This document shows, in pieces, positions 13,550 to 24,201 of a stretch of DNA of 64,000 bases. This DNA is from Azolla caroliniana (taxonomy: Eukaryota > Plantae > Polypodiophyta), in contig JBHGNT010000004.1 of NCBI GenBank assembly GCA_043228905.1, positions 2,108,001-2,172,000 on the forward strand, written 5' to 3'. Position numbers and translations under genes: made by a program. The notes below the pieces were generated by a model. It ran no database searches, was not told the origin of the DNA, and worked only from the letters and a program-made list of their open reading frames with translations. Numbering within the stretch: the stretch's first letter is position 1; every line of letters starts with the position of its first letter.

Positions 13550-14498
13550 GAGTTATCTATTGATCATAATATGTATTAACATTTCTTTTTTGAAAGATTC
13601 TACTATATCTCTGTTATTGTGGCAATTATGTTTTTCATGGGAGGACTCGACAACTTGGGGGATAATAAAAGGTCGTTTGAGAAACGAATTCCTGATTGCT
13701 TGTGCCTCAGAAGTCTCAACTCAAGCATACATGGCTTCCCAGTAATGGTCCTTACCTGTGTGGAAAGGTTGTTTGATTCTTCTTTTAGATGTGGTTGTGT
13801 GGGGTGTCCCTTAGCTTTGACTTCTCCCCTAATGGAATCCCTTTAGGTTAGCATGTACCATCACAACGTTGCATTAAATGTGCCTTGTCTATTAATGGGT
13901 ACCTGCACACGATTGTCATTTTGTACATGATTTGAGCATTGCATCGAATGTGTAGCCCCACATGGATTATCATATTTCTTGTTGATTTGTTTCACAAAAC
14001 TAGATACGCCAAGAGAAGTGCGGATAAAATGGAAGGGTTTTAAAATCTTTCCATGTTTGTGTGAGTCTCATTGAACGCAAATATTGAGACGAATCTACGA
14101 CGTCGATACTACATTATTGGTTAGGCTGCAAAACAGGCATGCCCTTGGGTGATAAAGGCTTGCATTTTTCGTGATTAATATGGTTCATGAATAGACCCGT
14201 TCACAATATTTCTCATTCACAATACAATAAAAGATAGCTATCATACATACGTAGATGAAATAGATTTCTTTTCACCAGTTCGAATGGAAGAATATATAAT
14301 AGTATAGAACTGATGGGTAAGTTGATCGACAAGCGTCACTGAGCTGATTCGGAATTTCCATAGATGAAACTGATTGTCTCTACTCACCAACGTCAGAAGG
14401 TTTGGATTGGTCCTACAGCCCAGCAGGTCATGGAAGGCTTGGCTCGAGCAAAGATTTTCTGTTCTGGGTAAGAGTCCGGGTAAAACTCAACTTACTGG

Positions 14499-14528
14499 GT
14501 TGGGGATGGAATTGCTCGCATCTATGGT
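14499..14528 (+). pseudogene. atpA: atpA/atp1 micro-fragment
   Basis: GTTGGGGATGGAATTGCTCGCATCTATGGT = VGDGIARIYG. Confidence 0.7.
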
Positions 14529-14591
14529 ATAACCATTATCCTTAACACGCGCGGACCCGGAATGACCATGCATAGATTATCCCTATCCGTT
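14528..14591 (+). pseudogene. cox1: cox1 fragment (NUMT), identical inverted copy of 19388-19451
   Basis: Encodes [21 protein letters not shown], the pre-edited form of [21 protein letters not shown]. Confidence 0.9.
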
Positions 14592-14926
14592 TGCCGTGGC
14601 GAAGTCAATAAAACAGCGCAATGAGTGAGATTGCCCGTTATCCGCCTCTTCGGTTTTCCGTTCACCATCCCTCGGAGGTTTAAAATAATAAGCGGTTCAC
14701 GCTTTAGGCAGACTAAAACATGGTACAGAGAAACCTAAAGCGGCCTGTGCTACGCGTTCTTGTACCCACAACCAAAAAATAATAGTAAGCATCATTGAAC
14801 TAGAAAGGGCCGGGTCATTTGACGGGAATGAGGAGGCCGAGAGCCTTGGTGAATTAGACTCTACGTATTCACTCTGCTTAACCCCCTTTTGTTGGATCCA
14901 TTGGATGCGTCTGACAGAGTTCAGAT

Positions 14927-15013
14927 CCGCATGTATCTCGTGTATATCTTACAGGAGGATTCAAAAAACCCCGTGAATTGACTTGGGTTACTGGTGTAAT
15001 TCTGGCTGTACTC
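14927..15013 (+). pseudogene. petB: petB fragment (NUPT)
   Basis: [29 protein letters not shown] (cytochrome b6), pre-edited P/S in place of L/F. Confidence 0.9.
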
Positions 15014-15213
15014 CCTAAGACGTCAAATAAAATTATGTCATACTCATAAAAAGCATTTAATTCTTTCAATAGTTTTACAGTCTCTCCCACCACGTATCCT
15101 CCGCATCCGGCTCCGGCGGGTGGCCCACCCGCTTCAACGCAATCTACCCCTCCGTAACCTTTATAAATAACATCCTCGAGCCATACATCTTCATAATGAT
15201 AATCTTTTGATTG
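15013..15213 (-). pseudogene. chlL: chlL fragment (NUPT)
   Basis: [67 protein letters not shown]. Confidence 0.95.
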
Positions 15214-15394
15214 TTCGGCGCAGAACAGAAGTGGTTCTTGAATTGATCACACGACATTACGTAAGATTACAGCTTCGAGAACTTGTTCGGGATTGATTAG
15301 AGGAGACCCTGTTCTGGATCTTTTCCGAGCCCGATCTCCACCTCCCCTAACCCACCGAAGACGGTAGCGACGGGAAAGATTCCGATTTGGAATA

Positions 15395-15437
15395 AAGGTG
15401 GATTATTCAGAGCAGGTGCAATGGACAACGGCGATGA
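15395..15437 (+). pseudogene. psbB: psbB micro-fragment
   Basis: KGGLFRAGAMDNGD. Confidence 0.8.
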
Positions 15438-15550
15438 TCATCAGCAATTGCCTGAATTTCAAGGCGCTCTTCAAACCAATCGTATACCTTATCGAGGTGG
15501 GTAAGCTTTTTTTTTCAACTCCCCCTCTGTAAACCGTACGTGAGGTTCGC
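15438..15550 (-). pseudogene. petB: petB group II intron 3' end plus start of exon 2
   Basis: KVYDWFEERLEIQAIADD preceded by sequence resembling group II intron domains V/VI. Confidence 0.85.
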
Positions 15551-15649
15551 GCTAGCTGCTACAAAAAAACAGACTGTTTCGTTGAACGATTCTTTCAGAA
15601 GGGATGACGATGCTACGCTCCGCAAGGCGGTGTGATTATAACTACGTTA

Positions 15650-16473
15650 TCAAGAATAAAAGGGAACCCATAAGTTATTCGACCTGGGGAGTACGTTCGC
15701 AAGAATGAAACTCAATATGGGTTCCGTTTTAGGTAAGAAGATCACTCGCTTAATTGAATATGCCACGGATAAGTCTTTGCTAATAATCATTGTCTGTGCT
15801 TTCGAAGGGGCACGTATGCAAGAAGGGACGTTGGAGAGAGAAAAAGGGAAAAAACCGAACAGACTTAGAAGTCGTTGAAAGGAATATTTGAGCATGATTC
15901 TTTCGCGCTTCTTCTGGTGTAGGTAGCTCGATTGCTTCACTCGTCATTGAAATATAAGCTAGAGACGTTTCTGTTTATACTCTTATCAATGTCATTCTCA
16001 TTACAGATGGATAAATCCTCCCGGAAACTGAACCTCTCTATCGCGGAGTTTGGCTCGTTATTTTGGCCAAAAGGAAAGTAAGCAACGTAAAATACCTTGC
16101 CCCTGAAACCGGAAAACGAACGTAAAGCATTGAAAGAGCGTTGCTTACCAGCAGTTTTATCAGGCTCTGATATCATGACACGTCGAGTGACAGCTCCCAG
16201 ATTCAGGGGAACCCAGGATTTTTTCGCGGGTAATCCTGAGCCAAATCTAACTTCAGCTAAATGACTTTTGGACATCGAAGCGAGATTCTTTTGAACTTTC
16301 AAGAAGGCCTGAATATTCATGGATTATTATACGATCGAAGAGAATACGATACGATCAGCACGAAGCGGGGATTTCCAATCTCAGTGAACATCGGTACCAA
16401 CTATGCTTGGCGTAAAGATAGAGATGAAAAGCAATTTTATCCACAGAAGAATTTATGCCCAATGGATTGTTGA
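15650..16473. pseudogene. Probable plastid ycf2-like fragments
   Basis: Plastid-like ORF pieces inside the mosaic. Identity is tentative. A similar piece lies at ~18386-18650. Confidence 0.35.
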
Positions 16474-16639
16474 ATCCGTATTAATATATGGAAACTTCTA
16501 GTGCTACAGAAAAAGAACAGGCTAAAAGTCTTATTTTTAATGTCCTCTCGATTCTCTCTACGGGACGAATATGGCATTAATGGACAGTTCATGAGGACTG
16601 AAGGATAGTTCATGGGGACTGACATGACGGGAAGTATAG

Positions 16640-16822
<183 letters not shown>

Positions 16823-17473
16823 TAAAGTCCCTTATGCCCACGACCCACCTCGAAGGAACGTCCGCGGTTCTTCCCCCTTCCCCGCGCGCTTCTCCGGCAA
16901 AGGTAGTTAAATTGTGCGAATAATCCCCTGAAAGATTTTGATATGGGTGTGTGACTCGCAGCAACCAGTCTGGTTCAATGAATAGATAATCTTTTGTTGA
17001 AGAAATAAAAAGATCTTAGCTTAGAAAACGATGGCTTGCTCTTCTTTACCCGCGCGCAAGCAATTGATCTCTCTCTATCTGGCATCAACTTAGAACCACG
17101 GGCATCTAACGCACCCTTCACTAAAATCAATCCTTGAAAGATTAAGGACATAAACTTTTCAAAATTGAAAAACGATTTCAAAATCCCCGCAGACTCCTGC
17201 GATAAGATGGATTGGATACATTTGATTCGGTCGACCCGACTAAACCAGCAACGAAACAAATAGATGGGGATGGGTGTTTACCCTGAAGTGTTCCTGGAGT
17301 GTATGCATACTTCCGTAAGTAACTTGGTGTAACATGGAAAATTCTCTTAAATTCAATCAAGTCAGAACAACCTGCCGCCTTTTTTCATAAGATTGTGACG
17401 GTACGGACGCAGTAAGGGAAGTCACTGGAATTTTCCACCTGTTCTTTTCTTACTTCGACACTCCTATTCATTC

Positions 17474-17511
17474 CTATGGGGTCGCTTCTGCGACTGGATC
17501 ACCAACACTGG
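17474..17511 (+). pseudogene. psbA: psbA micro-fragment
   Basis: LWGRFCDWITNT. Confidence 0.75.
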
Positions 17512-17774
17512 TTCGATGAGAGTCGTACGTGCAGTTCGGAGGGAGGTTTCGAGAAATCTTTGCTATGCTTAGTGTGCGACTCGTTCAAACAAAATCTCTC
17601 TACCCATAGTTAAAATATTGCTCCGTTGAGAAAAGAATAGTCTGGGCTTCCGAAACGTGTAAATGTATCTCTATCAATCTTTTTGGTTTTTTTAGAACTA
17701 GAGTTATTTCTGGGAACTACTCCAGTTTGACGCACTGAGTCAACATATTCACCAAATTTTGGAATTAGCAAAGA

Positions 17775-17880
17775 TGGACTTACCCCACCCATCGATAGAA
17801 ATTTCATAGTCGCTTCGTTCGATCTGACATCTCTTTTGGCGTATCCTGATAAAAGATAAGAGGATGGACCCAAACACTCC
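17775..17880 (-). pseudogene. ndhB: ndhB fragment
   Basis: [36 protein letters not shown]. Confidence 0.85.
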
Positions 17881-17962
17881 GAAGGGAAGTGAAGATATTT
17901 GATACTCCATAGAAGTAAAAAAAAAACCAATTGAAACTTTTTATCTTACGATTCATGACACT

Positions 17963-18023
17963 AATTATCAAAAACTTCGTATTGGGCTAGCTTCCCCCGA
18001 ACAGATTCGTAGTTGGGCCGAAA
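17963..18023 (+). pseudogene. rpoC1: rpoC1 N-terminal fragment
   Basis: NYQKLRIGLASPEQIRSWAE. Confidence 0.85.
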
Positions 18024-18075
18024 ACTCTACTAATAAAGTATAAAAAAAAGATATATATAGATTACATAGTTCTTA

Positions 18076-18383
18076 CGTTACTCAGATCATTGGACCAGTA
18101 TCGGATGTTGCTCTTTCTCCGGGGAAAATGCCGAATATTTACAACTCACTAATTGTTAAGGGACGTAATCCGGCGGGTCAAGAGATTAATGTTACTCGCG
18201 AAGTACAACAATTGTTGGGTAATAATGAAGTCAGAGCCGTAGCTATGAGTGCTACAGACGGCTTAACGAGAGGTATGAGTGTTGTTGATACAGGAGCCCC
18301 TCTCAGCGTTCCTGTTGGTGAAATTACCCTTGGCCGAATTTTCAATGTCCTTGGCGAACCCGTGGATAATATGGGTCCTGTGG
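18076..18383 (+). pseudogene. atpB: Plastid atpB fragment (unedited)
   Basis: [11 protein letters not shown]...[49 protein letters not shown]...[14 protein letters not shown]-for-L and R-for-C at conserved sites. Confidence 0.95.
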
Positions 18384-18861
18384 AAAGTAGTCAGTCGAAA
18401 TCGAATTCCAATTCTAATTTCTCGAGTAGTCGGATCGATTATGAACCTTCCCCACAAGAAAGATCTGATGTTTTGGCATACCTACCTCAATTCTGTCAAA
18501 ACGATCTATTGAGTTACAAGATCCGTAGGTTAGATCCTGCGGAGAAGTGGGCTCTTTTCGCCCTCGAAAGAAATCTTCTATTTTCAGCAACGACGAGACG
18601 GAGAGGCGTTCTAGGTATGCCATGTCATGACATACCTATCTCACGGCAGGTTGGGTCGTGGGCATAAGGGACTTTACGATATTTCGACGAAAACGTCTAC
18701 CAAATGACCCCTGGACCTTTTTGATTGATAAGCTGACCAACAAAAGGCAAACCAACATGCAGGATAGGTTTATTGCGCAAGCCACTAATGTTCGCATACG
18801 CGAACCCTTGAGCGAAGCTTCGCGTTGTCGGCTCTCGCTTTAGCACTTTCCACCCTAACGG

Positions 18862-18928
18862 CGTACCTTTTGCATAATGGGTCAGCGAGTGAATGGGAAC
18901 AGCGGCTTAAGCCATTAGGTGTAGGCGC
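18862..18928 (+). pseudogene. rrn26: Mitochondrial LSU (26S) rRNA fragment
   Basis: CGTACCTTTTGCATAATGGGTCAGCGAG...GCGGCTTAAGCCATTAGGTGTAGGCG resembles a conserved plant mitochondrial LSU rRNA segment. Confidence 0.7.
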
Positions 18929-19009
18929 AACGAGGTCCATAGGTAGTCAATAGTATTAGATATTGGTAATTCCGGCTCTGTTTTCTGTAGGTCACATAGA
19001 AATTTATCC

Positions 19010-19111
19010 ATTCTTGCCTTCCGCTTTTGCCGAGTCAGCCTGAGCTATCTGAAAACACCTTTGAGCTTCGTCAGGATCAATTTCGGTAGCCCGTTCCGCT
19101 TCGTTGACCAG
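19010..19111 (-). pseudogene. atpE: atpE fragment
   Basis: LVNEAERATEIDPDEAQRCFQIAQADSAKAEGK. Confidence 0.85.
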
Positions 19112-19193
19112 TCTAACGCTTTTTAATTCTGTTGGCGGAAAAAGATATCTGTAGACCTCCAAGATAATCGTATTGTTATTGTATACTTTTAGT

Positions 19194-19560
19194 CCTGACG
19201 GAATAAAAGTATGAACCTCTAGATAACCGGGGAGCCGAGAAGGATGCTAGTATAAGATAGGGTCCCCTCCTCCAGCAGGGTCAGAAGAGATGATATTAGA
19301 GTTTCAATCGGTTGATGACATGGTAATTGCACCCGCCGGTACGAGAGGAGGTGGTAAAGGTAGGAATGCTGTCACTGAAACGAACCGAACGGATAGGGAT
19401 AATCTATGCATGGTCATTCCGGGTCCGCGCGTGTTAAGGATAATGGTTATAAAATTAATGAAACCTAAAATAAAGAAAACACCTGATAGGTAGAGACTAG
19501 AAGTGGCTAAATCAACAGCTCCTCCGGAATGACTGGTTATACTACTCAGAGGGGGATAGC
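19194..19560 (-). pseudogene. cox1: Mitochondrial cox1 fragment (unedited, NUMT)
   Basis: [18 protein letters not shown]...[22 protein letters not shown]...[13 protein letters not shown]...DPAGGGDPILY*HPSRLPGYLEV. Confidence 0.95.
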
Positions 19561-20698
19561 ACATATGTTAAATAGCCTCAGGTTGTGTTTGCCTAATGCT
19601 ATACGCCATATGTCTCTGTATGGATCGGACTGTACCTTTATCTATCATCCTGTCATGAAGCCTTTCCTTTAGAGAATCCCTCAGGTCTACTCGAACTTTT
19701 CCCGATTATTCTTATGGCGGATGGCCCTTGACCGGAGCTTCAGCTCTAGTGATTTTATACGAATCGCTTTAGAAGAGCTAACTTGTACCAAGCACTGTCC
19801 CACTGCGTAGATTAGAGAATCCTAAGATTTATTAGCAACAGGACAACAATTAGAAGTTTGTAGGAAAGACGCGTAGCTTTTTCTTTTGGGGATCTTTTAA
19901 TTGAAATTTGAGGTATTATTATTATTTGTCTATACAGAGACGTGGTTCATAAGAATGCCATACATAATGCGAATCAAAATATCTTAATTGCATTGCTGAC
20001 ATTTCTAATACGGAAAATAGTACAAACAAGAACTTTAAAACTTACATGAGATTTGAGATTATCCTACTCATATGACTACCAAACGGTTACATGGATGAGA
20101 GATAATCTCCAAAACAGCCAAATATCCAAACATTTTTGTTTGGGATCTGCTTAATGGTGTCTTGTTTGAACTTATGAACCATGGTTTGAATTAACACTAG
20201 TTCTGATTTCTTGATGAAAGAAAACTTTATTTCATTTTCATAGCCTTCTCACGTGCATATTTGCTAATGATATAATTACATGATTATTTTTAAATTTGGA
20301 AGCCTTGTGTTTCATCCCAGAACCCTTGCTTGGTAATTTAATCTATAATCATGTATTTACATTCCAAAATGATTGAAATTATCAATGTATCAAGTGTTGG
20401 TAATTTAATCTACTATCGTCATCGACAATTTACTAGACATGTGAAAGTTTCTACTAAGAGCCAGATCCGTATCCTCTAAGCGCTAGCTGCACAAGTGAAT
20501 GTGAGCACATCCTCCCTTCAAAGAACTCTTTAGTTGCTCAACATTGCAACCTTGTCTAAAATATGGTTGGTTGGTGAAGCCCTTCATCACTTGAAGGAAC
20601 TCATGGCTTGAGAACACGTACTTCATGGTGTAGAGGGTTTTCATGAGGTGAAGTGATATAGGTTGTTAGGTTTTAGAGCTCAATTGAGGATGTGGTTA

Positions 20699-21025
20699 CT
20701 AGTGCCTGAATGTTTTGTGATGCGGGGGAGGGTGGTGAACAGGAGGAGGAGGGATAACGACAACAACAGGAGGGGGAGGAGAAGGAGGCGGAGGGTGGAA
20801 ATGGACAGGAGGAGGAGGAGGAGGAGGAGGAGGATGGTGGGGGTGGTGATGGCGTGGGGGCGATGGCGGATGATGATGATGATGATGATTGGGAGGTGGA
20901 TGATGGGGAGGGACATGTGGAAGCGGCGATGGATGGTGAGCGGCTATTACAACACGAGCAGGAAGAGCAGGAGGAGCAGCAGGATGGTGGTTGTGGTGGT
21001 GCTGGTGATGACGATGGGAAGCCAT
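20699..21025 (-). CDS. His/Pro-rich extensin-like small protein (108 aa from MASHRHH)
   Basis: TATA-like TATATATA ~21135-21142 on the - strand, CT-rich leader, then an ORF with HHPPP/SPPPP motifs and a basic C-terminus. Low complexity lowers certainty. Confidence 0.6.
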   Translation of the reverse strand: MASHRHHQHHHNHHPAAPPALPARVVIAAHHPSPLPHVPPHHPPPNHHHHHHPPSPPRHHHPHHPPPPPPPPPVHFHPPPPSPPPPVVVVIPPPPVHHPPPHHKTFRH

Positions 21026-24000
21026 CCTGCAGAGAAGAAGCAGAAGCAGAAGCAGAAGAAGATGATGATGCTGCTGCTGATGATGATGATGAAGAAGACC
21101 TGGTCGTGGTCGCGGCTTCTTCTGATCCTCCTCCGTATATATACTTGATGGAGCGTGTCTCGCGCGCATACACACATATACACATACATAAATGACAAGA
21201 GTGTCCCGTGAACACCTTCCTTACCACGTTATTGGAATTTGGAATCATCTTCGTCCGGTTTGGTTTCACATTATAGATTTGGAATAAGGAGTGTGTGAAT
21301 AAATGGTAAGACCCCCCCCCCCCCCCCCCAATATTAAATCCAATCTCAAAGATCTTTTTTTTTTTTTTTGCCACGCATTCCTCGTTGCTTATCCGTCCTT
21401 TCCGTTTCACGCTCTCGATGATGTTCTAACATTGATTTCTACCACTAGACACATATGAAAGGCTCTATCTAATTCATGGTTGGGTTGGGTTGCCTATTTG
21501 ATGGCACTATCGTGTGTATCATAAGTGATTGTTCTCACAAAAAGGAAGAACTTGGTAACCTCTTTGGAAGCAACCGTGATATACCTACCTACATCATTTG
21601 TTGGTTGTTGCCCATGCGGAAATATAGGCACAATTGATGTAAGAGTTGGAAGTCAAATCTAGTAGAAGAAGTAGCCCTCTATCACCAAATGACACTCACT
21701 CTCGCCCATAGTACGTAAATTTCGTGTTCGTCTAGCATAACATTCGTTTTCCTACGTTGGAAAACGAATGCGAATGTTATTCAAACATTTTTTTTTTTAT
21801 TTTTTTTCCCATTTTTAGGCTTATTTACCTCATAATAAATATTGATCTTGTTCTCAGCTTCCCTGCTTGCGTGGTTGATCTCTGAGAGATTCCGTGGCAT
21901 TTTCTGCAACGTAAGCTCGTAGATAAAAGATGGCAGAGGAAGAAGAAGAAGAAGAAGAAGAAGAAGAAGAAGAAGCCGATGATCTAGATGAATCGTACGT
22001 CCTTTCTTTATCACAGGGAAATGTTTCTACAGCTACTTGTGTTTAATAGTTCTTATGATCTTTCGGAGATAAACTAAAGCCCTACATTTTTGCAACGAGC
22101 TAATCCCTAATCCGAAGAGGAGAAAGAGGCTATCAGCGAGTTTGCAGATCACAGAAACATATTTTTCTTTACCTATATATGTACAAAAGAAATTGCAGAC
22201 TACTGGCTACGCTGATTTTGGATAGCATGCTTGTATATACGCACCTAATATCCATCTGGAATTCATCTGTTCCTTTCATATCTTGCAGTGAGATCCACAA
22301 AAAATTATTGCTGACTCCTTCCTTCGGTATAAATGTTCCTGAGGTGAATCTTTATCCTTGGTCTATTACAATTTGCAATTTGCAATCTCCTGCCATGTGC
22401 GTGCTCCAAATGAGTTTATTCATGCACTACTCATATTTATGATTATCATTCATGCAGCAGGTATAGGTGTGTTAATGATCAGAATATAGATCCAGTCAGC
22501 CACACATGTTTCTGTGCTTATTAGTAAGAAAATAAATGTGTGCCTTAAGGAAACAATGTGGCAATCTGTGCTTGCTGGTAAAGAGAAGTATAATAACCGC
22601 AATAAGTTTTAAGTGTATTTTCTTGTTCGAACTTGCACAGAATATACTTATTACTGTCCGTTATTATGCACGTCCCTAGCATTGCATGACCCTAGGATGG
22701 ATTCTTTATGCACTATAATTGTGAGAATGTAACCTCGGATTGCCCATTATCTCGCTGATGCATTTGTAGCACTTTAATCCGCAGGTCTGTAAGAGTTGAA
22801 TATCATCAAGCTCCAATGTTACTAGCTTACTAGTGGCGATTGTTCTCTTGGACCGGTGAATACACGAACATGACTAACATAAACAGTTAGTCACAACGTT
22901 ATGAGTTGACATTCTTCTTCATGATCTTGCATGTGTACACAGAACCCATGACATACTCTAACCATGTCGTGTTTCATGCACCACAATGCTTGATGCTGAA
23001 ATTTGGCGTTGGATATGTGTGTTAAGCCACCCTTCTTTACCCTTAATCAATTCCTTGTCAAGGTCAACACTTTGTGGACTAGGGTAAAGATTGAATGTGA
23101 AATCATGAAATGATAAATATAAGCCAAAGATTAGGCCCAGTTACAAGTAAGAGATACACACATGTCCTTCGATTGATATGTGCCCACCTCCTGCCATTGA
23201 TCACATGTGTTGGGAAGGCATGTATGTCGGGTTTCATTTGGATTCTTTCATCAAGGAGACAACTATAAAGCTTAAAGGACCATGTGACAATGTTGTAGCT
23301 TCATTAAATTTTGATAAACATGGTTTGGGACATTTGTACATACGCTTTGCAATTGCTTTCATAGGTTTTCCTTTAACTTAGCCTAAGGTCTCTCAATTTT
23401 GTTTTTTGGAATATCTCTTCACTCTTGTGCGAACGATACCTTTTTTCTACATAGAAGCATTGGAACTACTTCATTTGCCTCGTGATCATTGTAAACGGAT
23501 GGCTACTACTAACTTTCTTTAGGCATTGCACTACATAGGGATTTTAGAAAGAAACGAGACCAAGACTCAAACAAGAAAGGCATGAACTAGGAACATGGGT
23601 GAGCTGATGATAAGTACATGCTTCCCAAACGCCGAAAGTTAATTTGAACTGGAACCAAGACAACACCGAGAGAAACTATTGAGTGATAGGGAGCCGAGAA
23701 TAGACAAAACAATCGACCACATAAGTGAGGCATCGACATATGCCCAAAACCGTATTTCACATCTTCACTATGAAAGGAACAGAAACTCAAATTCTTCTGT
23801 CTTATGCCAGAAGCTGGAAAAGAAACTCGAATTCTTCTTGTCTTATGGGGGAGGGCCTCAAAAGCCGGAAAACAAGACGGCAAAGACGTGGGAGAGAAGC
23901 TTAACAAACTAAATTACCTCTCCTTACTACTCGTGTCTCCTTCATGAATGGAGCTCAAAACAAAGCTCTCAAACATGTTTATGCAATCTATTTCTCTATC

Positions 24001-24201
24001 TCTCGATCCCCAACGAACTTGTAAGACAAGCAAGTCTCTTCTCCTTCCAACCAAAACTTGTGAAAGACGCTTCGCTCCTTCCTATTTCTCTCAGTTTTCC
24101 CTGTAACACGTTACACAAGCTAGGCAAACAAAAGACAGACCCCACAGAACTCTCCACAGAACTCTCTCTCTCTCTCTCTCTCTGTCTCTTGGTGCAGAGT
24201 T

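Noticed and set aside
14878-15093. Functional nuclear chlL
   Set aside because: Only a ~200-bp internal fragment running into antisense petB.
18128-18667. 179-aa ORF as a novel atpB fusion gene
   Set aside because: Chance in-frame join of unedited atpB and another plastid fragment within the mosaic; no promoter or transit peptide evident.
20663-21410. Several overlapping Ser-, Leu-, Arg- and Asp/Glu-rich ORFs
   Set aside because: Alternative frames of trinucleotide low-complexity sequence; only the His/Pro frame was kept.
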